Shown: positions 9,698-19,711 of the stretch, piece after piece | Numbering within the stretch: position 1 is the first letter of the stretch | Layout: each line of letters begins with the position of its first letter | Source: a virus | Lineage: Duplodnaviria > Caudoviricetes | Virus record (IMG/VR): IMGVR_UViG_2788499951_000002 | Location: 93,857-157,856 of that record | Direction: 5' to 3' (one strand) | DNA: 64,000 nucleotides | Made by a program: the position numbers and the translations under genes | The notes under the pieces: generated by a model | The model's input: the letters and a program-made list of their open reading frames with translations, nothing else | Databases searched by the model: none | Told to the model about the DNA's origin: nothing

Positions 9698-10741
9698 ATG
9701 AACAAACTGGCTGCCATGCGTAACAACGTGAAGAAGAACCTGCGCGAAGACATCGAAGCTGCAAACAAGAAAGGCAAGCGCAAGGATCCGAACGCTCTGA
9801 ACTACTACGATCTGAAGGACGGTGAGAAAATGACCGTGCTGTTCGTAGCCTCTGAGCAAACCGGTGATATCTGGTTCCGTCACGGTCTTCATGGTAAGGG
9901 TCTGCGCGGTATTGATCGCGTTCGCTGCCCGCGTATCGAGTCAGGCGGTACCGACAACTGCCCGATCTGTGAATACGGCTTCGCTCTGAATGCGGAGTAC
10001 AAGGAAGGTGGCTCCAAGGATCCGGTCCTGCGTGAGCGTTATCGTACCTTCCTCGGTAAGGACCAGACTGCGATGCAGTGTGTGGTCATGGAATCCCCGA
10101 TGGAGATCAGCCAGTCTCCGGACGGCAATCAGGTGAAGATGTTCATCGCCCCCAAGGGTATTGTTGATCAGATCACCAACCAGATCGTCGAGGGTCAGCT
10201 GGATGAGGATGACATCGTCACCACTCCCTTCACCATCAAGAAGACCAACAACGGCGGCGGTTTCCCGAAGTATGACGACAGCTTCTTCGCCCGCAAGCCC
10301 ATCGCCGATGCTGATCTGGAAGCGTTCGACGACAAAGTCATCGAGACTTGGGACTTCCGTGCTGAAGGCACTCCGGAGATCCCGAAGCAGCTGGACGAAG
10401 AAGGTCTGAAGGAATGGTTGGAAAAGGCGATTCGTATCTATGACGAATCTCTGGCCGCAGATGCACAGAAAGGCGGCAACGGTGGTGGTAACGGTGGTGG
10501 TCAGTCCGCCCCCGACACCAATAACCTGAAGTCCAAGGTCGGTGGTGGTCTGGCAGCTCGCAAGGCCGCGATGGACAACAACGCCAAGACCCAAGTCGCT
10601 GATAACCAGAAGCCTGATCTGGATCACTCTCTGGACGATCAGGTTCCTGACTTCAGCAAGGAAGAGGCCAAAGAGGAGCCGAAGAAAGAGGAATCCGGTT
10701 CCGGTGGCATCCGTTCCCGCCTCAGCTCCCTCCGTCGTTAA
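9698..10741 (+). CDS. single-stranded DNA-binding protein, T4 gp32-like
   Basis: H...CP......CPIC zinc motif, PKYDDSFF, long flexible Gly/acidic tail. Confidence 0.8.
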   Translation: MNKLAAMRNNVKKNLREDIEAANKKGKRKDPNALNYYDLKDGEKMTVLFVASEQTGDIWFRHGLHGKGLRGIDRVRCPRIESGGTDNCPICEYGFALNAEYKEGGSKDPVLRERYRTFLGKDQTAMQCVVMESPMEISQSPDGNQVKMFIAPKGIVDQITNQIVEGQLDEDDIVTTPFTIKKTNNGGGFPKYDDSFFARKPIADADLEAFDDKVIETWDFRAEGTPEIPKQLDEEGLKEWLEKAIRIYDESLAADAQKGGNGGGNGGGQSAPDTNNLKSKVGGGLAARKAAMDNNAKTQVADNQKPDLDHSLDDQVPDFSKEEAKEEPKKEESGSGGIRSRLSSLRR

Positions 10742-10761
10742 TCTCTGATATAGTTCAGAAC

Positions 10762-10786
10762 AAGGGCCACTGCAATGGTGGCCCTT
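10762..10786 (+). terminator. hairpin/terminator after SSB
   Basis: AAGGGCCACT-GCAA-TGGTGGCCCTT. Confidence 0.55.
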
Positions 10787-10808
10787 CCCACATAAAAAAG
10801 GAACCAAC

Positions 10809-11369
10809 ATGAACCAACAGACCACCCCAACAACTCGTGAGAGCGAGTTCACTACCTTCCGACATTATCGGTCCCCTCGGGCTGATATCGCATCACTGAC
10901 AGTCTGCGTTCGACGCTTTGGTGAGAACCCCACTCACATGTCAGTCTCATGGTCCATCTGCTCACCGAAGGATCAGTTCTCTCGCAAGGTCGGTCGTGAA
11001 CTTGCGTTGGATCGAATGAGCAAGGGTCAGTGCGTCATCCACAAGATCAATCCGAAACGGTCGATGGCACTCAACACCATCGATGCTCTTTACGACGGGG
11101 AGGTGTCAATTGTCGTCCGGAGTCAGAGTGCAGGTGTCGCCCAAGCCATGCAAGGTGTCCACACCCTGCTGGTCGAGGGGTTCCGTGAGCAGGCTATTCA
11201 GGCTCTGGAAAACGTGGCATTCATTGAAGCAGCCCTCCACCATGAAGATGGTGAACCCGTTCCATCTGGCTCGGATGCTTCGATTCTGGATAATGTTCTC
11301 GCTCGCGTGGTGGCAAATGAACTATCCCACCGAGGGATCGAAGCGGCCAAGCTGATTGGTGCAGTCTGA
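10809..11369 (+). CDS. conserved phage hypothetical protein
   Basis: SICSPKDQFSRKVGRELAL motif common in phage hypothetical proteins. Confidence 0.65.
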   Translation: MNQQTTPTTRESEFTTFRHYRSPRADIASLTVCVRRFGENPTHMSVSWSICSPKDQFSRKVGRELALDRMSKGQCVIHKINPKRSMALNTIDALYDGEVSIVVRSQSAGVAQAMQGVHTLLVEGFREQAIQALENVAFIEAALHHEDGEPVPSGSDASILDNVLARVVANELSHRGIEAAKLIGAV

Positions 11370-11459
11370 TCCACATTGTGTGATAAATAAGCCTCTTCTC
11401 CGGAAGGGGCTTTCTTGTGTCTGAACTCCCATAAATAAATCAAATGGGAGAACCATATC

Positions 11460-11906
11460 ATGGCCAGAAAATACCAACAGGGGATATACGAACCCGTCAA
11501 TAAAGAGAAGTACACCGGCACCAAGAATCCGACATATCGATCCAGTTATGAGTTGGAAGTCTTCAAATTCTTTGATCGTAGTCCATATGTGATCAAGTGG
11601 AGTTCGGAGTTGGTGGTGGTACCTTATTTCGATCCAGTCAAACAAAAGAAGCGCAGATATATCACTGATGTGTATGTGGAGTATCGAGACAAACAAGGCA
11701 ACAAACACATTGAGTTGATTGAGATCAAACCATCATCACAGTGTAAGCCACCTGTTAAAGGGAAGAGGCAGTCGAAACATACCTATGAGGAAGCAATGTT
11801 GACATATATGACCAACACTGCAAAATGGGAACACGCTGCCGAATATGCACGACAGCGTGGGTGGAAGTTCCGTATACTAACGGAGAATCAAATTTTCAGA
11901 GGATGA
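11460..11906 (+). CDS. head completion nuclease (T4 gp4-like, TnsA-N/PD-(D/E)xK)
   Basis: G.Y.P.N.EKY.G...PTYRSSYE...WSSE...RY..D...EIKP...N.AKW.A......GWKFRILTE. Confidence 0.9.
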   Translation: MARKYQQGIYEPVNKEKYTGTKNPTYRSSYELEVFKFFDRSPYVIKWSSELVVVPYFDPVKQKKRRYITDVYVEYRDKQGNKHIELIEIKPSSQCKPPVKGKRQSKHTYEEAMLTYMTNTAKWEHAAEYARQRGWKFRILTENQIFRG

Positions 11907-12461
11907 TCACTGAAGTGAAATGAAGTCATCGATAATGAAGTAATCAACATTCTCGAATGTCAATGAGGCTGTGATAGTTGATTCCATATCATCACCAACA
12001 TCCAGCTCGGAGAATGACAGTTCGGTAATCACACAGTTGACCAACATGTAACTATCGGTGACTTCCCTCTGAGAATTGAATCGATCAATCCTCACCGAGA
12101 ACATGTACTCAGAATCATACCCATCGATCTCACTCTGGGACATGTCTACCTTCTTCAACTGGCGGAAGATCTGCGTATGTAGCAGTCGTGAAGTCAGTCC
12201 CTCCGAATCATCCTTGAACGTCATCGTGATGGGCGCAAAGCGGGCCTGTGCGGTTGACTGATATCTGGCTCCTCTCTTGCTCACGTCGGTCGTCTCAAAC
12301 GTCACAGTGGGCCTCTCTGTTCGAATGAGCTGCTTCGCCAAGAAGTTACTGACGTTATCAGGGAACCTCAGGAACGTCGCATAGAACTCATCAGACTGAC
12401 GAGTCGTGTTTGCTCGATTGAGCATGACTGCCGTGGTGAGTGGTTTAATCGGGGATGTCAT
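11907..12461 (-). CDS. tail tube-like protein (gp19/gp54 family)
   Basis: RP.VTF, PITMTF.DD, LVNC.IT.LSFSELD, ITASLTFE; next to gp15. Confidence 0.65.
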   Translation of the reverse strand: MTSPIKPLTTAVMLNRANTTRQSDEFYATFLRFPDNVSNFLAKQLIRTERPTVTFETTDVSKRGARYQSTAQARFAPITMTFKDDSEGLTSRLLHTQIFRQLKKVDMSQSEIDGYDSEYMFSVRIDRFNSQREVTDSYMLVNCVITELSFSELDVGDDMESTITASLTFENVDYFIIDDFISLQ

Positions 12462-13176
12462 CGAAGTTCGCTCCTTCTGGGATGATGATTTCTTCTAACA
12501 TGTCAAGTGATTCTGTGCTGTCATCGAAGATCCTCATTCGGATCCTTTCAATTATACCGGAAGAGAGATCAACCGGATAACTGAGACGAACGGGGAGTGA
12601 GAAGTTCAATGTCTGTTCAACAACTCTTTGATCCGTCCCAAGGGGATATGACACTTCATTGTTGATTCCCTCCAGTGTGATATCCGAGATGTAATCCTGA
12701 TTGAATACGCTGTTATCAGTCTGGATTGATACTCGGGGATTGAACACCAGTAGGATTTGCTCAAGGATTGAAAACAACTCGGTGTTTGAGCTGGCATATA
12801 TGGACACTGAGACATTCATGATGAATGCCGGACCCATCGCTCTGCTATATGAGGCATGTGTTCCATCTGCTGTCTTATATGACACTTCGTCCACGTGATA
12901 GACATTCCGCTTCGCCTCCTGATCAATCTCAAGTGAATCGAGATTGAATGCCATCATCGGAACTCTTCGGTTACTCAGGAAGTCTCTGTCGTTCAGTAGT
13001 TGTGCCACTACACGAGACATGCTACCGTATACCACGGGGACTCTGCGGGTCTTGACCGTTTCATCGCCATCCCGCTTCACTCCATCCCTCACCTGAAATC
13101 CCGAAAGGACTCTGGCGAACTGGGACAGGAATCGTTCGAACTGTGCACCATAGCGGTACGGATATAGGTTGCTCAT
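12445..13176 (-). CDS. tail sheath stabilizer/terminator (gp15-like)
   Basis: F...F, RVPVVYG, ILEQILLVFNP motifs. Confidence 0.8.
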   Translation of the reverse strand: MSNLYPYRYGAQFERFLSQFARVLSGFQVRDGVKRDGDETVKTRRVPVVYGSMSRVVAQLLNDRDFLSNRRVPMMAFNLDSLEIDQEAKRNVYHVDEVSYKTADGTHASYSRAMGPAFIMNVSVSIYASSNTELFSILEQILLVFNPRVSIQTDNSVFNQDYISDITLEGINNEVSYPLGTDQRVVEQTLNFSLPVRLSYPVDLSSGIIERIRMRIFDDSTESLDMLEEIIIPEGANFDDIPD

Positions 13177-13202
13177 TGATTGAATCCTCTCTGTTTGTTC
13201 AC

Positions 13203-13224
13203 TATTTACCTCGGGCACTAAATA
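13203..13224. promoter_or_regulatory. candidate divergent late promoters (TAAATA on both strands)
   Basis: TATTTA at 13203 and TAAATA at 13219 between divergent virion genes; TAAATA also precedes gp4 and 61864..62145; resembles T4 late TATAAATA. Confidence 0.5.
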
Positions 13225-13245
13225 CAGTCAAACCAAGGAGCCATC

Positions 13246-13989
13246 ATGAAATCATTCGAAGACCTCATCGAGGAGGCAAGATCATTCGGTATGTCTTCTC
13301 ATCTGGACGTCACCGAACTCCGCATCATGTACTATGGGCGTCTGGATATGTATGTCGCCTTCACTGATGACGGAGAACTCTCATTCTCCCCTGATGACGG
13401 AGAACTGGATCGCCCCGATGGTCTGATCGCATACGATGTCAGAGATGTTGTGGGGAAGAAAGTCAGATCTGGCATGTTCTATGCCAACGTTGTCCGACTG
13501 TCACCGAACGCAGGAAAGCAGGTCAAGGACGTCAAGCATTACTCCAGCGATGACCTGAGGAGAGACATTGGGGAGATCCGAAAGATCGACACCATCGAGC
13601 CTGAGATGGTTGACATGATCATCGAATCCATCATGTCGGACTCTTCCATGACATCTCCCTTTGCCATCTTCTGGCGTATCACCGAGTATCTGGCCAAGCT
13701 GGTAAGTCTACCGGCCTACAGTTCTGTCTGGGCATCGATCCTGTCTGACCTTGGCTATGCCTCATTCTCTGATCCATCTCGGACAGGGATGATCAACGGG
13801 AAGAAGGTACCTGTCACCCTCTATATCCAGCAGGACGACATCGAACCGGTTGATATTCTCCCTATCCAAGGAGAAAGATCAGATCCAAGAAAGCGAATCA
13901 GAGACAAGGTAGAGCGAGACAGGCGACTGATGAGAAACGCCAGAAACAGGATCGCAAAGAAGATCCCGTTAATCCGTAGGAGCCTATAA
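13246..13989 (+). CDS. probable virion/internal head protein
   Basis: late-gene context; N-terminus MKSFEDLIEE resembles the T4 capsid-targeting sequence. Confidence 0.55.
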   Translation: MKSFEDLIEEARSFGMSSHLDVTELRIMYYGRLDMYVAFTDDGELSFSPDDGELDRPDGLIAYDVRDVVGKKVRSGMFYANVVRLSPNAGKQVKDVKHYSSDDLRRDIGEIRKIDTIEPEMVDMIIESIMSDSSMTSPFAIFWRITEYLAKLVSLPAYSSVWASILSDLGYASFSDPSRTGMINGKKVPVTLYIQQDDIEPVDILPIQGERSDPRKRIRDKVERDRRLMRNARNRIAKKIPLIRRSL

Positions 13990-14702
13990 TGAAGCAGAGA
14001 AACAAGATTGGATTGTACGGGCCGAAGACTCGTTCATTCCAGAGGAAGGTCACCAAGGAGATGTTTGGATTGTCATTCAAGACTGCCAACGTCTATGCAT
14101 ATCTGGGTGACCGCAGTAACGAGAACCCTGACATCGATGACATCGGGTCCACCGTGTTCTATGAAGTCCCTGACCGTGCATACGCAGACACACCCGTCAA
14201 TATCAACATCGGGATGGATTCTCTCCCAGAGAGTGCACTTGACTTCTCGAGGTTCGGTCTGATCAATCCGATGCAGGGAGAACAGACATTCCGTGTCCAC
14301 ATGGATGACTTCAAATGCCTCGGGAGAGACATGGTGGTTGGGGATGTCTTCGAGATTCCTTTCTTTGAGCGAGACTGCAAGAAATCATTCTGGGAAGTGA
14401 CAGACGTCGATGACAAACCTTCATACGAGAAGTTTTACTTTGTCATCCATGCTGTTCCCCTCGGTGATGCACGCACAACTCGTGAGATCCCGATCAACCG
14501 TTCCAACAGTGACACACTGAGTGACATCATGGTCATGGCAGACGAAGATCAGGAAGCAGCAGTGCCTTTCGCAGGACTGGATGAATCCATCATCGATGAT
14601 GAGTTTGTTCCCCCTGAGGAGCCTGTTGACTCCCGCAACGAATGGCAGTCCTCTTTCTTGGACAATCCTGATATGCCCTTCACTTTCGACAAAGAGGACT
14701 AA
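13989..14702 (+). CDS. neck protein gp14-like (head closure)
   Basis: F.E..DRAY, DFSRFGL, VGDVFEIP...WEVTDV; adjacent to gp13. Confidence 0.75.
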   Translation: MKQRNKIGLYGPKTRSFQRKVTKEMFGLSFKTANVYAYLGDRSNENPDIDDIGSTVFYEVPDRAYADTPVNINIGMDSLPESALDFSRFGLINPMQGEQTFRVHMDDFKCLGRDMVVGDVFEIPFFERDCKKSFWEVTDVDDKPSYEKFYFVIHAVPLGDARTTREIPINRSNSDTLSDIMVMADEDQEAAVPFAGLDESIIDDEFVPPEEPVDSRNEWQSSFLDNPDMPFTFDKED

Positions 14703-14705
14703 CCA

Positions 14706-15434
14706 ATGCAATTCGAGCAATTCAAAGAAGAAATCGTCACCATGCTGGGTGACAACATGGTGGAGGTCGAGCTGTCAGACAATGACATTCATCTTGCCTT
14801 CCAGAGAGCAAAACGAACCTACAAGCAGAAGGGTCCGGACAACAGCAGAAAGGTGTTTTACTGTCTCTCTGCCAGCAAGGAGACCACGACGTTCATGATC
14901 CCTCGGGAGATTGACACGATTATCAAGATCATCCGTCCATCCATCAACACATTCGGTCTGGGCGGGTATGGATTCAATGATGGACTCGGTGAGCGATACG
15001 GCGCTGGGTTCTATGATCTGTTCGCAGACGGGGACATGTTGTCATATGAACTCCTCCTCGGGAAGATGGAATCATGGCGCAGGCTGATGAACTTCGACGT
15101 CAGCTTCCAGCACGACAAACACCGGTCGACACTGAAGGTTAACCAGAAACCCTATGTGGACGAGAAGTGGTTCATCGAGTGCTATGCATCTCTGACGGAT
15201 GATGAGTACCGCGAGATGATCTGGATCCAAGACTGGGCACTGGCAGAGGCCAAGATCATCCTTGGTACTGCATACCGGAAGTTCAGTGGCATCCCAGACC
15301 CCACAGGAAGCTCTGTGAGCCTCGGTGGTGACCAACTGATAGCTGAGGCCCAACAGGAGAAAGAACGCCTCCTAGAGGACATCCTGAACGGCGTGAGTGG
15401 TGATGTGGATTACTACGGTGTGTACATCGGCTGA
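14706..15434 (+). CDS. neck protein gp13-like
   Basis: LG...VEVEL, WIQDWALAEAKIILG.A..KF...P.P.G..SL.G..L..EA..E. Confidence 0.85.
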   Translation: MQFEQFKEEIVTMLGDNMVEVELSDNDIHLAFQRAKRTYKQKGPDNSRKVFYCLSASKETTTFMIPREIDTIIKIIRPSINTFGLGGYGFNDGLGERYGAGFYDLFADGDMLSYELLLGKMESWRRLMNFDVSFQHDKHRSTLKVNQKPYVDEKWFIECYASLTDDEYREMIWIQDWALAEAKIILGTAYRKFSGIPDPTGSSVSLGGDQLIAEAQQEKERLLEDILNGVSGDVDYYGVYIG

Positions 15435-15452
15435 TAGTTCATCAGCACAAAG

Positions 15453-15479
15453 AAAGGGGAGCCATATGGCTCCCCTTTT
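15453..15479. terminator. bidirectional terminator between convergent operons
   Basis: AAAGGGGAGCC-ATAT-GGCTCCCCTTTT. Confidence 0.8.
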
Positions 15480-15919
15480 CATTTCTCTTCCTCGGCAAAC
15501 CGGTCAAGTTCACATGTCAATCGAAAGAACAGTGAGACATGAACAACGGCTATCCCCCAGATCAACAATCCAATCTGAAGGTTGACCGCAAATGGACTCC
15601 CGAGTGCAAGGATTACCAAGATCATACCGATCCAGTTGGCATAGTACTGAACTGACGTCCAGAACAGGTGACGCTCGCTGGTATCGAAGGGCTGGTGATC
15701 CTCACTCACGACATAGGCCGCACCTATGTGATTGAGAGCCAAAGCAATCAGGCTGGAGAATCCAATGAAGAACAACACGTCATATATCAGGGGACTCTCG
15801 GTCAGGACCATGGCCACAACATCAAGGAAGGTGCCTGCAGTCAGGTAACTCCCCATATCCTCCCCATGGATCTTACGAGAGACCCCCTCAAGTGGTTTCA
15901 AGAGGGGGAAGGTGTTCAT
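15479..15919 (-). CDS. membrane protein, hypothetical
   Basis: about 4 hydrophobic segments. Confidence 0.65.
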   Translation of the reverse strand: MNTFPLLKPLEGVSRKIHGEDMGSYLTAGTFLDVVAMVLTESPLIYDVLFFIGFSSLIALALNHIGAAYVVSEDHQPFDTSERHLFWTSVQYYANWIGMILVILALGSPFAVNLQIGLLIWGIAVVHVSLFFRLTCELDRFAEEEK

Positions 15920-16362
15920 AGGCGGAAGGTGTTTCCTTTGTGGGAACAAACAGAGTTGATGAGAGACCGTCCGATAACGGCTTCAGCCACCCCACCGACA
16001 AGTGAACTCAGGATAAACATGAATCCGATATCTGGGACGAACATGCTTATGATACCGACTGCAACATTCAATGCTCCAATCGCGACCAGCACCATACCGA
16101 TGATGATCCAGATGTCCCACTTCGATCCACCCTGCGGAACCTTGAGTGCTCTGGCGAATGCACCCGCCCCGTACTGACGCTCAAACACTGGGATGGCGAG
16201 GGCAGCAACACAGGCGAACACCATCCCGATCAACATGGGGATGGTGGATGCGTCAATCCCCATCATGATGACCATCGGGAGAAGGAGGACCATGGGCATG
16301 AACCCGATGATATGGGGCGGGATCAGAGGCATACGGCGGGCAATATTGTCAATGATAGACAT
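15916..16362 (-). CDS. membrane protein, hypothetical
   Basis: about 4 hydrophobic segments; AAGGA RBS before MSIID. Confidence 0.65.
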   Translation of the reverse strand: MSIIDNIARRMPLIPPHIIGFMPMVLLLPMVIMMGIDASTIPMLIGMVFACVAALAIPVFERQYGAGAFARALKVPQGGSKWDIWIIIGMVLVAIGALNVAVGIISMFVPDIGFMFILSSLVGGVAEAVIGRSLINSVCSHKGNTFRL

Positions 16363-16363
16363 T

Positions 16364-16822
16364 TCAGTTTCCTTTTTTGAGAGTTTTGATTCGATTGCTG
16401 ATTTTTGTCCATGCTTCAATGGCAGGGACGACATGAGAAGTATTCTTGATCGCGACCAGAAGGATAGCAACTGCGAACAACGCATTCCCACCTGTGGTCA
16501 GGATCCCTAGTGTGATCCATCCGAGCAGGAAAGTAAAGACCATGCTGATCATAACCTTTGCCGTCAAGATACGACGGAGTTCTGTCAGGGAATCAAGGTC
16601 GTTCCAGTTTCGCTCCATACCTGAAGTGACTTCCCGCTTGAATTCCGGCACGTCACGATGTGCATTGATCGCCTCGGCTAGAACGACAATGAGGAAGAGG
16701 AACAACGCGATGGGATGAGAACCCGCGAGAAGCCCCAACATGACCCATCCCAGAAAGTACGGAAAGGGCTTTTCCTCTTCGAGTGAGTTGAGCCAGTCTA
16801 GTGCGCTTACTACAGTTTTCAT
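16364..16822 (-). CDS. membrane protein, hypothetical
   Basis: about 4 hydrophobic segments; AGGAG RBS. Confidence 0.65.
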   Translation of the reverse strand: MKTVVSALDWLNSLEEEKPFPYFLGWVMLGLLAGSHPIALFLFLIVVLAEAINAHRDVPEFKREVTSGMERNWNDLDSLTELRRILTAKVMISMVFTFLLGWITLGILTTGGNALFAVAILLVAIKNTSHVVPAIEAWTKISNRIKTLKKGN

Positions 16823-16838
16823 GCTATTCTCCTTTTGG

Positions 16839-17360
16839 TTATAAGTCGTCGATGGCGATTCGAAGTGTCAGTTCTTCCCATAAGCGCCGACGATCATCTT
16901 CACCGAAGAAGATGACGAGTGGGTCTCTGTCAGTCACACGCAGCTCCTTGATGATGTCACATCCGGTTTCAGGAAGAATCCCCATGTCCAAACAGAAAAT
17001 AATCCTCTCGTTTTTCTCCCGTTCATACACCTCGATTACCACCATTAGGCTCGGGATCGGGAGGTTCATCTCCAGCGTTGAGTCTATGAACACACAGATC
17101 GGTACGGCGTCTTCTAGGTGCCCCCAGAACACCTCCGCCCCATCCAGTATGTGCTCGGATATGATGTCCAATGTATCCGAACGCCCCTCCATTCCGGCGC
17201 GGTTCTTCCCCGCACTACTCACCCACGCATCGAGGCGACGAGTGAATGCATCTCTCACGGGTTGGGAGTCTCTGAAGCTCTTGTACGTCCCCCCAAACTT
17301 CTTACCCAACCAATCGTTGACTCCCATTTGGAGTGAATACTGCGGTGTGATAAGTTCCAT
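16839..17360 (-). CDS. hypothetical, C-terminal tag family (AIDDL*)
   Basis: GAGG RBS before MELIT; shared C-terminal motif. Confidence 0.7.
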   Translation of the reverse strand: MELITPQYSLQMGVNDWLGKKFGGTYKSFRDSQPVRDAFTRRLDAWVSSAGKNRAGMEGRSDTLDIISEHILDGAEVFWGHLEDAVPICVFIDSTLEMNLPIPSLMVVIEVYEREKNERIIFCLDMGILPETGCDIIKELRVTDRDPLVIFFGEDDRRRLWEELTLRIAIDDL

Positions 17361-17367
17361 GGTGGCC

Positions 17368-17937
17368 TCACAGAGTGTCAAGTGCGATATGTTGAAGGAG
17401 GTTGTTGTGGATCTGTCGGGCATCATTCTCCCCGAGGAGAAACAGGATCCCAGACTCGAAGTCTTTCGTGGTGAACCGGTCAATGACACGCCTGACGTGT
17501 CCTATCGTATTGAATTCAACGTCGACAATGTTTTGACCGACACAGGTCATCTCTCCGGCACGGGTGATTCTGGGGTAGAGCAGGATCATATCAGGGGTGT
17601 CAAAGCGACCATGGCAGCTATCATGAAACGCGTCAATCACAATCGCATACGGGAGAACCTCATCATGGTGTGGGCTAGTCGGTGGATGGGATCCGATGTA
17701 TGGGGTTTCATCGATAACAGCATCAAACACCTCGAACACCGAACCAGTGACGTGTGGTGGGTTGATAGTCGTTTGAAACTCACTGTTCTCCCATTCGGAG
17801 AACATGTCGCTGATTTGGATGCGATGTGAATGTCGGGCGAACGTCTCATTATAGATGTCAGGTCGTTCTCTCACTGCTCTAGTCAGTGCGTCCGCAGTGA
17901 GTGGTTCCAAACACGGTGTCTCAAAGTAACGATTCAT
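17368..17937 (-). CDS. hypothetical, C-terminal tag family (ALDTL*)
   Basis: ORF in tightly packed array. Confidence 0.7.
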   Translation of the reverse strand: MNRYFETPCLEPLTADALTRAVRERPDIYNETFARHSHRIQISDMFSEWENSEFQTTINPPHVTGSVFEVFDAVIDETPYIGSHPPTSPHHDEVLPYAIVIDAFHDSCHGRFDTPDMILLYPRITRAGEMTCVGQNIVDVEFNTIGHVRRVIDRFTTKDFESGILFLLGENDARQIHNNLLQHIALDTL

Positions 17938-18506
17938 AATTGCTCCAACGCGTGTTGTGTTTTGAGGTTGTCCATGAGTCTGACTCTATCATCATCTCCC
18001 AGCCAGATCAACATCGGGTTATCAACCGACCAACGCTCGATGTTGATCTGACTCAGTCGCTCCCTGTCTACCATGAACGACCTAGCTACGATCTGACCAT
18101 CATTGGTCACCCCGAGGAGGACCGCGTCATGGCTGAGTTCAGATATTGACTCAGTGACATAAGGAGGGACTGCCATCCGGTCACTGATTATGAACATCGG
18201 GGCAAATTCACGCCCGTCACGAGTGACGACTGCATTATGAGTGTGCTCGGTGGTGAACTCGAGTAACTCTGGAACTCCGTCAGGCGCTGAGCGTTCCTTT
18301 CCGTTGGATTGCAACCATGGCATTGCATGGCGCTCGATCTGTTGCCGAACCACACTGTCATGGGAGACCCATGGGTATAGTCGATATGCACCCTGTATCG
18401 CGGTGACAATGGCGTCAATGAACATGTCAAACTTGACCTGATCAAATTCATCTTCCCCCATGAAGGGAATGCATGGTGATGACAGCATGTTATCGGTATT
18501 GAACAT
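17934..18506 (-). CDS. hypothetical, C-terminal tag family (ALEQL*)
   Basis: ORF in array. Confidence 0.7.
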   Translation of the reverse strand: MFNTDNMLSSPCIPFMGEDEFDQVKFDMFIDAIVTAIQGAYRLYPWVSHDSVVRQQIERHAMPWLQSNGKERSAPDGVPELLEFTTEHTHNAVVTRDGREFAPMFIISDRMAVPPYVTESISELSHDAVLLGVTNDGQIVARSFMVDRERLSQINIERWSVDNPMLIWLGDDDRVRLMDNLKTQHALEQL

Positions 18507-18515
18507 CTCAGACTC

Positions 18516-19085
18516 CTACAGTCGACTCAAGGCACGAATTTCAGCGAACATGTCATGAACCATATCAGATGTCTCTTCGTCTGTAAACAGAAAGAGAGCA
18601 ATCCCGTCGTCACCAATGTCAATCTGCCCATTGATTAGCTTCTCGTGGAACTCCGAGTTGATGTGGACACTCTGTGACACCGCCACGTTAGCGAGCGCAC
18701 AGTTTTCTGTGCCGTTCCCACGGAACGATGCGGTCAAGACACACAGCTCCCAGTGCCCAACCCCCAGTGACTCCAGTTCGAACGAGCCAGCTGTACAGTC
18801 ACAGAACACCCCGATGTTGCGGAAGGCGTTTTCGGGTGCAAGATTGAGGTCATGACCCGACAGATGTGACCTCCATCCGCCCACAGGATCGGCAGCCATA
18901 TTGATGAACTCTTCGAGGTCCATACCCTTCACAGTCGAAAATCCCCTGATGGGTCTGTCTTCGAACTGATACTTCAGAATCGGTGACATATACATGGCGA
19001 CTGAGCTGGTCCAGTCGAGTGCCGACCATTGGCCTGCGATGACAGGAGAGGTATCGATGGCTCGTTGAACACTCGTATTAATCAT
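18516..19085 (-). CDS. hypothetical, tag family (ALSRL*); paralog of 19712..20287
   Basis: shared FSTV.GM, RNIGVFCD, WE.CV, IAL.LFTD.E.SDMV. Confidence 0.75.
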   Translation of the reverse strand: MINTSVQRAIDTSPVIAGQWSALDWTSSVAMYMSPILKYQFEDRPIRGFSTVKGMDLEEFINMAADPVGGWRSHLSGHDLNLAPENAFRNIGVFCDCTAGSFELESLGVGHWELCVLTASFRGNGTENCALANVAVSQSVHINSEFHEKLINGQIDIGDDGIALFLFTDEETSDMVHDMFAEIRALSRL

Positions 19086-19702
19086 AGTGACTCCATGGCT
19101 TGTGTCAGATTGATGAAATGGATGATGTTGTCTGATTCCTCCTTAGAGAGAAACCGTATCAGCATCTCCGGATTGTTGAAATCGAAATCAGGAAGGAACT
19201 GAAGCATCTCATCTTTCGCATACGAAGATCCATATGTGACGGTCAGACCGATCCTGACTCCACCTTCGAACGTCGAGACATCCATACCCTCTCCCCACGG
19301 GGCGGAGTCGGCGTCTACCGGTGAATCAATCGCAATGATGAGGTTCAGGTAGTAGAGTACCGTCCCCTCTGCCGTATATCCCTCATCCTCATCAAACCCC
19401 AGATCGGTGATGACAGCGATGACACGAGCGTCGTCGAGTGCTTTTGTCAGTTCATGCATCGCGAATTCGCCACTGTTGGTGCTGAATATCGCGATGTCTT
19501 CCTCTGACATCGCATCCAAACCGCATGGCTTGGAATGCTCGAACCCCGAATTCTTCCACTCGGTGAAGTGCTCTTGAAACGTATTTCGCACGGCGTGAAG
19601 ACGGGAATCATCACGTCCACACCAGACCGTCATTGCATATGACGATTGGACGGAGAATATCTCATGGTGGGACAGTAACTTGAGGCGTTCCTCATTGAAC
19701 AT
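19082..19702 (-). CDS. hypothetical, tag family (AMESL*); paralog of 20284..20913
   Basis: shared MF.E.RL, WK.SGF, PDFD.NNP..LIRFLS.EESD. Confidence 0.75.
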   Translation of the reverse strand: MFNEERLKLLSHHEIFSVQSSYAMTVWCGRDDSRLHAVRNTFQEHFTEWKNSGFEHSKPCGLDAMSEEDIAIFSTNSGEFAMHELTKALDDARVIAVITDLGFDEDEGYTAEGTVLYYLNLIIAIDSPVDADSAPWGEGMDVSTFEGGVRIGLTVTYGSSYAKDEMLQFLPDFDFNNPEMLIRFLSKEESDNIIHFINLTQAMESL

Positions 19703-19711
19703 CTCAGACTC

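Noticed and set aside
11460-11906. TnsA transposase / Tn7 element
   Set aside because: The same fold is T4 gp4 head-completion nuclease; the context is neck and tail genes with no tnsB/C.
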